NCBI GenBank assembly: GCA_040766265.1
Contig: JAXGQW010000012.1
Coordinates: forward strand, 7,901-71,900
Direction: 5' to 3'
From: Verrucomicrobiota bacterium
GTDB lineage: Bacteria > Verrucomicrobiota > Verrucomicrobiia > Limisphaerales > J093
DNA length: 64,000 nucleotides
In this document: positions 9,676-17,745 of the stretch, piece after piece
Layout: each line of letters opens with the position of its first letter
How positions within the stretch are numbered: position 1 is the stretch's first letter
Notes under the pieces: model-generated
The model's database searches: none
Told to the model about the DNA's origin: nothing
Seen by the model: only the letters and a program-made list of their open reading frames with translations
Made by a program: the position numbers and the translations under genes

Positions 9676-10742
9676 AGCCGCTTCATTTCGCGGGGCCTGA
9701 CACATAGGCCAAGGTGGTCCGGCGCACTGGCAAACGAGAGGAGACCGCGGTCGGCCTTCACCCCGCAGAACGGGTCGTTGGTGACCAGCAAGTTGCCATC
9801 CAGATCGAGGTAGTCGGTCAGGTCGGCAAGGTGCGCGGCCGCCGAGATCAGAACACTCGACTCGATCATGCAGCCGAGCATGGTCTTCAGGCCGGCCTGC
9901 CGGGCCGCGCGCAAGGCCGCGAAACCCGGGGACACACCTCCGACCTTGACGAGTTTCACGTTCACGGAGTGAAACGCCGCGGCGCAGCGCTCGACGTCCT
10001 TGACGGAGACATACGACTCGTCCCCCATGAGGGGCAGGGGCGAACGCGCCTTCAGCCAGACCATGTCCTCGAGATCGGCGCTGGCGGGCATGGGCTGTTC
10101 GACGAACTGGATGGCTCCGTCCTGGGCCAGCCATTCGAGATTCTGCAGGGCAATCTCCTTGGTTTTCCAGGCTTCGTTGGCATCGACGCGGACAGGCTTG
10201 CGCGGGGCTGCCGCGCGCAAGGCCGCCAGGTTGTCGCGATCGTGCGGGCTTCCCAGTTTGAGTTTCAACACCGGATAGGATTCCGCCGCGCGGGTTTTCC
10301 GCGTGATGACCTCGGGCGTGTCGATGCCGATGCTGAACGAAGTGACATGCTTGTTCTCGGCGAAGCCGAGGCCGAGGTGGGTGTGCAACGGTTTGCCGCC
10401 GCGCCGCGCCGCGCCATCGAGCAAAGCAACGTCCAGCGCGCCTTTGGCGGCGAACTGACCCGGCGCGAGACTTCGCAGGTATTCGAGGCTCGATGCCAGG
10501 TCGGCGAAGGAGAGGCGATTGGCGTCCACCCGTTCGAGAAAGGCGACGGCGGCATCGGTTGTCTCGCCGTAGCGGGATGAAGGCGCCGCCTCGCCGAGGC
10601 CGACGATCCCGTCGTTGTCCGTCAGTTCGGCGAAAACCACCTGGCTGGTCGTCTTGCCGCCCGGGCCTCCCGGCTCGAGCCCGCGGGCGATCGTCCAACG
10701 ATGTGCCAACTGCAGGTCGTAACGCCAGATCCGCAACTTCAT
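9672..10742 (-). CDS. dipeptide epimerase (enolase superfamily, L-Ala-D/L-Glu epimerase-like)
   Basis: 'LKLKLG', 'VRVDANEAW', 'FVEQP', 'LMGDES', 'VNVKLVKVGG' and 'LGCMIESS'. I set the start to ATG 10742 (MKLRIWRY). Confidence 0.85.
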   Translation of the reverse strand: MKLRIWRYDLQLAHRWTIARGLEPGGPGGKTTSQVVFAELTDNDGIVGLGEAAPSSRYGETTDAAVAFLERVDANRLSFADLASSLEYLRSLAPGQFAAKGALDVALLDGAARRGGKPLHTHLGLGFAENKHVTSFSIGIDTPEVITRKTRAAESYPVLKLKLGSPHDRDNLAALRAAAPRKPVRVDANEAWKTKEIALQNLEWLAQDGAIQFVEQPMPASADLEDMVWLKARSPLPLMGDESYVSVKDVERCAAAFHSVNVKLVKVGGVSPGFAALRAARQAGLKTMLGCMIESSVLISAAAHLADLTDYLDLDGNLLVTNDPFCGVKADRGLLSFASAPDHLGLCVRPREMKRL

Positions 10743-10879
10743 GGCCGGTACAGAACCCGAAATGGAGCGCCGATGCAACTCCAGAAGCGCGTGTGGCAGG
10801 GCTCGTCCCGGCATCGCGATTCACGGGCTGGGCCGGGCAAACCTTTGACATCACGGGGTGAGGCCCTACACTGGACCAG

Positions 10880-12040
10880 ATGCGAGTTGTGCGAGTGCCG
10901 CTGGGCGAACGGGCCTACTCGATCCGCATCGGAGAGGGCCTGCTCTCCGGTCTGGGTCAGGACTGTGAACGCCTGGGGCTGGGCAGGCGCTGCACCATCA
11001 TCTCCGACAGCAATGTGGCCCCCCTGTATGCCCGACGGGCGGCTCAGAGTCTCGATAGGGTGGGGTTCGAGCCCCGCGAAATCACAATCCCCGCCGGTGA
11101 AACCGCCAAGTGCCTCGCCCGCGTTTCGGATTGTTACCACGAGTTGGCGCGGCATCGGGCAGGGCGGGATTCGTTCATTGTCGCGCTGGGCGGGGGAGTC
11201 GTGGGCGACCTGGCGGGCTTTGTCGCCGCAACCTACCTGCGTGGTTTGCCCCTGGTGCAGGTCCCGACCACTCTGCTGGCCCAGGTGGACAGCTCGGTGG
11301 GGGGCAAGGTGGGGGTGAACCTCAAGGCGGGCAAGAACCTCGTGGGCGCCTTCCACCAGCCGCGTCTGGTGATTTGTGATTTGGCGACGCTCGAGACTCT
11401 GCCGCCGCGCGAGTTGCGGGCCGGTTTCGCGGAGGTCATCAAATACGGGATCATCGCTGACGCCCGGTTGTTCCGGCGGCTCGAGCGGGATGTCGATCGT
11501 CTTCTGCGAAGGGATGGGGATGCGCTCGCCGCGGTGGTGGCGCGCTGCTGCGCCATCAAGGCGGCTGTTGTCGTCCACGACGAAACCGAGCAGGGGCGGC
11601 GGGCTGTTCTCAACTTTGGACACACCGTGGGGCACGCGCTCGAAGCCGTCTCCGGGTACGGCAAGCACCTTCACGGAGAGGCCATAGCGATTGGACAGGT
11701 GTTTGCCGCCCGCCTGTCAGCCCGACTCCTCGGTTTGCCCGAAGGCGACGTCGATCGCATCCGATCCCTTTTCGAACGCGCGGGTCTGCCGACGAGCGTC
11801 TGCCTGAGCCGGCGCCAGTGGGAGGATGTGTCCAGGGCGATGCGGCTCGACAAAAAGACGAGCGCCGGGGAGATCCGGTTCGTCCTGGCCGAGCGCATTG
11901 GACGGGTGATTTGGGGGCGTGCGGTGCCGGCATCCGTGATGCGCGAGGTTTTTGATCTTCTGGCCCGCAAGCCGTCGGGAGGCGGGCGAAAACAGGATGG
12001 CGATGGCTCCCGGGGGGATTGCCGTGTCGCATCGAGTTGA
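10880..12040 (+). CDS. aroB: 3-dehydroquinate synthase
   Basis: 'LGGGVVGDLAGFVAATYLRGLPLVQVPTTLLAQVDSSVGGKVGVN' and 'LNFGHTVGHALE'. Confidence 0.92.
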   Translation: MRVVRVPLGERAYSIRIGEGLLSGLGQDCERLGLGRRCTIISDSNVAPLYARRAAQSLDRVGFEPREITIPAGETAKCLARVSDCYHELARHRAGRDSFIVALGGGVVGDLAGFVAATYLRGLPLVQVPTTLLAQVDSSVGGKVGVNLKAGKNLVGAFHQPRLVICDLATLETLPPRELRAGFAEVIKYGIIADARLFRRLERDVDRLLRRDGDALAAVVARCCAIKAAVVVHDETEQGRRAVLNFGHTVGHALEAVSGYGKHLHGEAIAIGQVFAARLSARLLGLPEGDVDRIRSLFERAGLPTSVCLSRRQWEDVSRAMRLDKKTSAGEIRFVLAERIGRVIWGRAVPASVMREVFDLLARKPSGGGRKQDGDGSRGDCRVASS

Positions 12041-12093
12041 TCGGTGCGAGGAATGCGCGGCACAGAATCAAGTAGCGACTGTCTGTCTGGCCT

Positions 12094-12756
12094 GTGTCCG
12101 TCAGCGAAACCATAGTTCGTGAGTTCTTCGAGTTGCACGGGTTTCTGGTGCATCAGCGGCGGAAATTCGTGACACATTCCTTGCGCGACGAAGAGGAGAT
12201 CGATTTTCTGATCCTGAATCCCCGGCCTGTGGAGGCCCCGGGCGCGCTGCCGGCGGTTCTGGAACCGGACCATCTGAGGCGTGTCGCGCGCGCGATCGTC
12301 GTCGTCAAAGGGTGGCATACCGAGACGTTCGGCCCCGGGCGGCTCGAACGGACGTCGGGTCTTTTCCGATTCGCGGATCCGGACATCGAGAAGCAGGCGC
12401 GCGCGTTTTTCGGCGATGCGGGGGAGATCGACAAGGTGCTGGTTTTGCCTGCGCTGCCGCAGGAGGAGGGGGCGCGCGCGCGGAGTCTGGCGCTGCTCAA
12501 ATCCAAGGGGGTGGACGCCGTGATTCCCTTTCGAACGATGCTGGCGGATTTGATCGCCCACACCGAGCCGAACCGGAACTATCAGAAGTCGGATTTGCTC
12601 CAGACCATTCGGGTTCTTAAACAGTACGATCTGTTCCGGGAGGCTCAAATGGAACTGTTCAAGACCCGGCGCTCCGGCCGGCGGTCCAGCAAACGCTTGC
12701 CAGCGCCGCCGGCGGACTTAACATCCGCCGACGACAGCCCGGGCGGGACGAGCTAA
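12094..12756 (+). CDS. hypothetical protein (220 aa)
   Basis: ORF-track ORF with high-GC codon usage. N-terminal pattern 'ELHGFLV..EIDFLILN..AIVVVKGW'. No family recognised. Confidence 0.6.
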   Translation: MSVSETIVREFFELHGFLVHQRRKFVTHSLRDEEEIDFLILNPRPVEAPGALPAVLEPDHLRRVARAIVVVKGWHTETFGPGRLERTSGLFRFADPDIEKQARAFFGDAGEIDKVLVLPALPQEEGARARSLALLKSKGVDAVIPFRTMLADLIAHTEPNRNYQKSDLLQTIRVLKQYDLFREAQMELFKTRRSGRRSSKRLPAPPADLTSADDSPGGTS

Positions 12757-12805
12757 GGGAATCGACTCGAGCGGCTCGCGCGGGCGCGTCGACGAGGTTG
12801 CGCGC

Positions 12806-13798
12806 ATGGTCCGGTCATTTGCATTCACCACGCAGGGGCGCCTGCACACGAAGGACATTGACGCCTTCCTGATGCCGACGCTGCTTGCCGACACGAACCT
12901 GTTCTTGTGGGTGGATCTCGAGGATCCGACGCCCGAGGAGAGCACGTTCTATCTGGATGGGGTGTTTCATTTCCATCCGCTCTCGATCGAGGACTGCGTC
13001 ACCGAGAGCCCGTCGCCCAAAGTCGAGGAGTACCTGCCCAAGGAGGGCGACCGCTTCACGCCCTATCTGTTCATGGTGATTCACGCGGTTGACTACAGCC
13101 GGAAAGACGGCGTGTTCGCCACCAGCGAGTTGAATTTCTTCCTCGGCAAGAATTTCCTGGTCACCTACCACGTCGTTCCGCTCAAGAGCGTCTCCCTCAC
13201 CTCCGAACGCTGCCTGCGCAGCAACGTCCACATCGCCCGCGCCCCCGACCGGGTGGCGCACACGCTCCTGGACACGCTGGTGGACAACTACAGGCCGGCC
13301 CTCGAAGAACTCTCGATCGAGATCGGCGACCTCGAGGACCAGGTGCTGCATCGCCCCGACGCGGAAACGCTCGATCATATTATCCAGATCAAGAAGGAAG
13401 TGCTGCATCTCCGCCAAATCATCGGCCCGCAGCGCGAAGTGCTGGCCCGCTTCGCCAGCGGCGAGTTCAAACTGATCCGCGCCCATCTGGTGCCCTATTA
13501 CCGCAACGTCTACGACGCCCTCCACCACATCTCCGAACTGGCCCAGAGCTACACCGATTCGGTCACTGGCATTCTGCAGGTCTACCTGAACATCTCGTCC
13601 AACCAGACCGGCGAGGTCATCAAACTGCTCACCCTGTTCACGATTGTGACCACGCCTCTGATGATGATCGGCACGTGGTATGGGATGAATTTCAAGAACA
13701 TGCCCGAGCTCGAAGGCGGTTATTGGATCGTTCTGGGTGTCATGCTCGCGAGCACGGCCGCCACCTACTGGTATTTCAAAAAGCGCAAATGGTTCTAG
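12806..13798 (+). CDS. corA: magnesium/cobalt transporter CorA
   Basis: 'YGMNFKNMPEL' (GMN motif) followed by two C-terminal TM helices. Confidence 0.92.
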   Translation: MVRSFAFTTQGRLHTKDIDAFLMPTLLADTNLFLWVDLEDPTPEESTFYLDGVFHFHPLSIEDCVTESPSPKVEEYLPKEGDRFTPYLFMVIHAVDYSRKDGVFATSELNFFLGKNFLVTYHVVPLKSVSLTSERCLRSNVHIARAPDRVAHTLLDTLVDNYRPALEELSIEIGDLEDQVLHRPDAETLDHIIQIKKEVLHLRQIIGPQREVLARFASGEFKLIRAHLVPYYRNVYDALHHISELAQSYTDSVTGILQVYLNISSNQTGEVIKLLTLFTIVTTPLMMIGTWYGMNFKNMPELEGGYWIVLGVMLASTAATYWYFKKRKWF

Positions 13799-13868
13799 CC
13801 CGCATATGTCACACCCCGTCTGTGCACAGGGCACTCAGACTTCGCAAGAGGACTGCTATGCGGGCTAG
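13795..13868. repeat. 74-nt CTAG-element A3 (inverted relative to A2)
   Basis: CTAGCCCGCAT...ATGCGGGCTAG. The left arm contains the corA TAG (13796-13798). Confidence 0.9.
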
Positions 13869-13940
13869 AGTCCTTGACCCCTTCAACGCATCTCAGAAAG
13901 TTGACTTGTCTGCAACGAGTATGACCGGTCAAGGATTCTA
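13866..13940. repeat. 75-nt element C1 (TAGAGTCCTTGACC...GGTCAAGGATTCTA)
   Basis: Inverted homologue of 15239-15313. It shares the TAG at 13866-13868 with the end of A3. Confidence 0.85.
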
Positions 13941-13957
13941 GAGGCGTCCCGCCGGCC

Positions 13958-15241
13958 ATGCCGTCCCCCAAATCCAGTTTTCTCGACAAGGTCCTCGGAC
14001 GCCTCGGACGCCTCGACACGGCGGACCTGCAGAAGGTGGTCGAGCGATTGGCGCGGGAGCGCAACTTCCTCGAGACGCTCTTCAACACCATCGAGGACGG
14101 CGTGCTGGTCGTCGATGCCGAGGGGCGGGTGGCCTACTGCAATCAGGCGGTCACCCGCCTGCTCGGTTTGGTCCCCGAGAGCGCCGAAGGACAGCCCATC
14201 GCGAGGCTTTTCCCCGAACTCGATTGGGAGAAGATCGCCGCGCTCGATCGCCGCGGCGGCCCGCACGCCACCCGGCACGAACTCGAAGTCAGCTTTCCGC
14301 GGCCGCGCTTCCTGCGGGTCTTGGCGGCTCCGCTCGATGCGGATGCGCAGGGCAGCGCCGGCGTCGCCCTCGTCCTGCACGATGCGACCGAGGCCCGCCA
14401 ACAGACCTTCGAGGCGATCGAGAGTGAACGGCTGCAGGCCCTGACCCTCCTGGCCGCCGGCGTCGCCCACGAGATCGGCAACCCGCTCAACGCCCTCCAC
14501 ATCCACCTTCATTTGATGGAGCGCGAACTCAAGAAGTGGGGGGCGGTGACCGACGCCCCAGCCCCCTCGCGCCCGGGGCGGCGGCGCGCCGCATCGTCCG
14601 CCTCGCCCTCCGGGGGCGAGGCGGCGGAAATTGCCGACCGGATGCACAAATACCTCACGGTGGCCAAGGGCGAGATCGTGCGCCTGGACTACATCGTCAC
14701 GCAGTTTCTCGATGCGATTCGCCCGACGGTTCCCCAGATGCGGCCCGCGTTGCTGAACGACGTGGCCAAGGCGACACTCGACTTGCTCCGCCCGGAACTC
14801 GACAACCGCGGTATCGCCGTCGAGACGCACCTGGCGCGCGACCTGCCTGAGGCGCGATTTGACGCCGCGCAAATCAAGCAGGCCCTGGTGAACCTCATCA
14901 AGAACTCGATGCACGCCATGACCCGGGGCGGCGTTCTCACCATCCGGACAGGCACCGCGGCCGAGGGCGTCTGGATCAGCGTGGGCGATACCGGGACGGG
15001 CATTTCGCAGGAGCGGCTCAGCCGGCTGTTCGAGCCGTTCTTCACGACGAAGAAAAAGGGCACCGGCCTCGGCCTGATGATCGTCTACCGCATCGTGCGC
15101 GAGCACGGCGGGCGCATCGATGTCGAAAGCCATTCGGGCAAGGGCACCGTGTTTCGCCTCTGGTTCCCCCTGCGCGAACGCGGCCCGCGCCTCCTCGAAG
15201 CCGGCGCCGTGGCCGATCAGGAACCGGCCCCAACCGCATAG
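13958..15241 (+). CDS. PAS-domain sensor histidine kinase
   Basis: H-box 'AAGVAHEIGNPLNAL' and an HATPase region 'GDTGTGI...GTGLGL'. Confidence 0.9.
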   Translation: MPSPKSSFLDKVLGRLGRLDTADLQKVVERLARERNFLETLFNTIEDGVLVVDAEGRVAYCNQAVTRLLGLVPESAEGQPIARLFPELDWEKIAALDRRGGPHATRHELEVSFPRPRFLRVLAAPLDADAQGSAGVALVLHDATEARQQTFEAIESERLQALTLLAAGVAHEIGNPLNALHIHLHLMERELKKWGAVTDAPAPSRPGRRRAASSASPSGGEAAEIADRMHKYLTVAKGEIVRLDYIVTQFLDAIRPTVPQMRPALLNDVAKATLDLLRPELDNRGIAVETHLARDLPEARFDAAQIKQALVNLIKNSMHAMTRGGVLTIRTGTAAEGVWISVGDTGTGISQERLSRLFEPFFTTKKKGTGLGLMIVYRIVREHGGRIDVESHSGKGTVFRLWFPLRERGPRLLEAGAVADQEPAPTA

Positions 15242-15313
15242 AATCCTCGACCGGTGAAACATGTTGCAGACAAGTCAAGTTTCTGTGCTGCGTTAAACGG
15301 GTCAAGGATTCTA
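15239..15313. repeat. 75-nt element C2
   Basis: TAGAATCCTCGACC...GGTCAAGGATTCTA. Its first three nt are the kinase TAG stop. Confidence 0.85.
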
Positions 15314-15318
15314 ATGAG

Positions 15319-15400
15319 CGAGGCGCGGGAGAGAAGGGCGGGGAGACACGGGGACACCTCATGGGAAGGGGAGGACTGGATTTGTCTGAGGCGCGCCTCG
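15319..15400. repeat. 82-nt element I1 (CGAGGCGCG...CGCGCCTCG)
   Basis: Inverted homologue of 35480-35560. Confidence 0.8.
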
Positions 15401-15474
15401 CTAGCCCGCATATTGCACACCCCGATGGTGCCCAGGACACTCAGACTTCGCAAGAGGACCACTATGCGGGCTAG
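15401..15474. repeat. 74-nt CTAG-element A4
   Basis: CTAGCCCGCAT...ATGCGGGCTAG, with an A-class interior. Confidence 0.9.
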
Positions 15475-15478
15475 AGAA

Positions 15479-15590
15479 GCAAAACCGCGCCAGGTTCGAG
15501 AGATCGAGAACTGCAACACACTGTTCCCATGACAGACCACTCTCGGGACCGACAGAAAACTCCCGGTTCCCTTTCTGGGCGCGGTTTTGC
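15479..15590. repeat. 112-nt module B2 (inverted copy of B1)
   Basis: Same 13-bp arms. The interior is close to the reverse complement of 9499-9584. Confidence 0.85.
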
Positions 15591-15594
15591 CAGA

Positions 15595-15637
15595 GCCCGG
15601 GTGTCGGACTCCGCGGAGCTTTGTGAAACAACCGGGC
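15595..15637. repeat. 43-nt hairpin module F2
   Basis: Reverse complement aligns with 9439-9481 ('tttcacaaagct.cgcggagt'). Confidence 0.75.
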
Positions 15638-15647
15638 TAGCCCGCAT
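15637..15647. repeat. terminal remnant (CTAGCCCGCAT) of a 74-nt CTAG-element
   Basis: Only the 11-nt arm is present. Its last two nt plus the next G form the queE ATG. Confidence 0.6.
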
Positions 15648-16380
15648 GCCCGATCATCTGACCGTCAACGAGATCTACCTCGGCGTGCAGGGCGAAAGCA
15701 CATTCGCCGGTCTGCCGTGCGTCCTGATCCGGCTCACGGGATGCAATCTGCGCTGCTCGTATTGCGACACCGCCTATGCGTTCAGGCAAGGCCGCCGTCG
15801 GACGCTCGAGGACGTCCGGGCCGAGGTCCGCCGTTTGGCGGCGCCCTATCGCGCCGTTCGCCGGCCGGTCTCGATTCCCTTGGTCGAGTTGACGGGCGGC
15901 GAGCCGCTTCTGCAGCCGGGATCGCTGCCGCTGCTCGAAGCGTTATGCGACGACGGTTACACCGTGCTGCTCGAGACCAGCGGCGCGCTCGACATCGCGC
16001 CGGTCGACACCCGCGTGCGGCGCATCATGGATCTCAAGTGTCCGAGCAGCGGCGAGAGCGCCCAAAACCGATGGGAGAACCTGGCGCACCTGCGGGCGAC
16101 CGACGAAGTGAAGTTCGTGATCGGAACCGAACAAGACTACCGCTGGGCGCGGCAGGTCGTCTCCGAGCGCCGCCTCGATGAGATGTGCCCGCTCCTGTTC
16201 TCCTGGGTTTCGCCGCTCGGAGCCCGGCAGTGCGATCCGTCCCTCAAGTCCTCCCCCCCCGGCCAGACCCCGATCTCGCGGCGCGCTCTCGCCGAGCGGA
16301 TCATTGCGGATGCTCTGCCGGTTCGTTTCCAGGTGCAATTGCACAAGGTCATCTGGCCCGCAGACCAACGAGGCGTTTGA
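15646..16380 (+). CDS. queE: 7-carboxy-7-deazaguanine synthase (radical SAM)
   Basis: 'EIYLGVQGESTFAGLPCVLIRLTGCNLRCSYCDT'. I set the start to ATG 15646, because the upstream part of ORF-track 15529.. is repeat sequence. Confidence 0.9.
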   Translation: MPDHLTVNEIYLGVQGESTFAGLPCVLIRLTGCNLRCSYCDTAYAFRQGRRRTLEDVRAEVRRLAAPYRAVRRPVSIPLVELTGGEPLLQPGSLPLLEALCDDGYTVLLETSGALDIAPVDTRVRRIMDLKCPSSGESAQNRWENLAHLRATDEVKFVIGTEQDYRWARQVVSERRLDEMCPLLFSWVSPLGARQCDPSLKSSPPGQTPISRRALAERIIADALPVRFQVQLHKVIWPADQRGV

Positions 16381-17745
16381 GTGAAGGCCACCCGTCGCGT
16401 TCTCGATCTGTTGCGCGCCTACGAATCGCGCAACGTGACGTTCGTCGCCCCCGACCTCTCCGGGCCGATCGTCTGGGAGCGGGCCCGCGGGGTGCACGTC
16501 TGGGACCTCGAAGGCCGCCGATACCTCGATCTCACCGCGGCGTTCGGCGTGGCGGCCGCCGGCCACGCCAACCCGCGGGTCGTCGCGACCGCCCGGCGCC
16601 AGATGTCCCGTCTCCTGCACGCCATGGGCGATGTGTATCCGCATCGCCTCAAGGCCGCGCTGGCTCGCGAGTTGAGCCGCCTCACGTTCGAGCGCTGGAC
16701 GGGCGGGGCGCGGGGATCGCGGATTTCGGATTGCGGACGCACGATGATCCGCTCGACCCGCCAAACGCTCCGGACCGGCAAAGTGATCTTCGGGAATTCC
16801 GGCTTCGAGGCCGTCGAGGCCGCATTGAAAACAGCGCTGCTGGCCACTGGCAGGGCGGGCGTCGTCGCCTTTCAAGGCGCCTACCACGGCCTCGGGTACG
16901 GCGCGCTCACGGCCACCGAGCGCGCGCATTTCCGGCTTCCGTTTCAGTCCCAGCTCAAGCCGTTTGTGCGGTTCGCGCCTTTCCCTGTTTCCGACGACGC
17001 CGTCGCGCGCGCCTGTGCCGCCGTGCGCCATCACCTGGATTCCGGCCGGATTGGAGCCGTCCTGATCGAGCCTGTGCAGGGGCGGTCGGGCATCCGCGTG
17101 CCGCCGCCGGACTTCCTGTCGCGCGTGCGAGGGTTATGCGACCAGTTCGGCGCGCTCCTGATTGTGGACGAGATCTACACAGGATTCGGACGCACCGGGC
17201 GCTGGTTCGCCTGCGAGCGGAGCGGCGTTGTTCCAGACCTGATCTGTCTGGGGAAGGCATTGACCGGCGGCTTTCCCCTGTCGGCGTGTGTCGGCCGGGC
17301 GGATGTGATGGACCGCGCATGGCCGGAGGCGACGGGCGAAGCCATCCACACAAGCACGTTCCTGGGACACCCGGTCGGATGCGCCATGGCCCTGAGCCAG
17401 ATCGGCGAGATCCGGTCCAGGCGCCTTCCGCGGCGAAGCGAGCGTCTGGGGGCGGTCCTGCGCGCCCGGTTGAGCCGGATGGCGATGCCCGCCGGCCTGG
17501 TCGGCGATGTCCGCGGGCTCGGTTTGATGGTCGGATTCGAGCTGTGCCATCGCGACGGTCGCCCGGCCTGCGACGTTGTGACCGAGATTGTCAGGGTCAT
17601 GCTCGACCGGGGGTTCCTCGTTTTGCCCGAAGGCGAACATGGGAACGTCCTTGCATTCACGCCGCCGCTCGTCATCAGCCAAACCGATCTCGAACGGGCC
17701 GTCGGAGCGATGGAGGGCGCTCTGGCACAACTCGGGCCGGCATGA
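16381..17745 (+). CDS. class-III (aspartate aminotransferase family) aminotransferase
   Basis: 'FGNSGFEAVEAALK', 'LIVDEIYTGFGRTG' and 'GKALTGG'. GTG start directly after the queE stop. Confidence 0.85.
   Translation: MKATRRVLDLLRAYESRNVTFVAPDLSGPIVWERARGVHVWDLEGRRYLDLTAAFGVAAAGHANPRVVATARRQMSRLLHAMGDVYPHRLKAALARELSRLTFERWTGGARGSRISDCGRTMIRSTRQTLRTGKVIFGNSGFEAVEAALKTALLATGRAGVVAFQGAYHGLGYGALTATERAHFRLPFQSQLKPFVRFAPFPVSDDAVARACAAVRHHLDSGRIGAVLIEPVQGRSGIRVPPPDFLSRVRGLCDQFGALLIVDEIYTGFGRTGRWFACERSGVVPDLICLGKALTGGFPLSACVGRADVMDRAWPEATGEAIHTSTFLGHPVGCAMALSQIGEIRSRRLPRRSERLGAVLRARLSRMAMPAGLVGDVRGLGLMVGFELCHRDGRPACDVVTEIVRVMLDRGFLVLPEGEHGNVLAFTPPLVISQTDLERAVGAMEGALAQLGPA

Noticed and set aside
9436-9680. 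Conserved small peptides of the type 'HTP.VHRALRLRKRTAMR.R' that appear in several ORF-track translations
   Set aside because: They are translations of the 74-nt repeat. The similarity is at the DNA level, the copies are embedded in differing long spurious ORFs, they lack start and RBS context, and they overlap the stops of real genes.
13883-15262. 459-aa minus-strand ORF, together with similar shadows at 35642..36871, 48214..49806, 50294..51571, 55101..56387 and 58982..60247
   Set aside because: Each is antisense to a gene with strong family signatures (histidine kinase, hydrolase, symporter, argF, tlyA/nadK, recF).
15314-15645. preQ1 riboswitch upstream of queE
   Set aside because: The leader is entirely composed of the repeat modules also found at unrelated loci, and I recognised no preQ1-type hairpin or pseudoknot motif.
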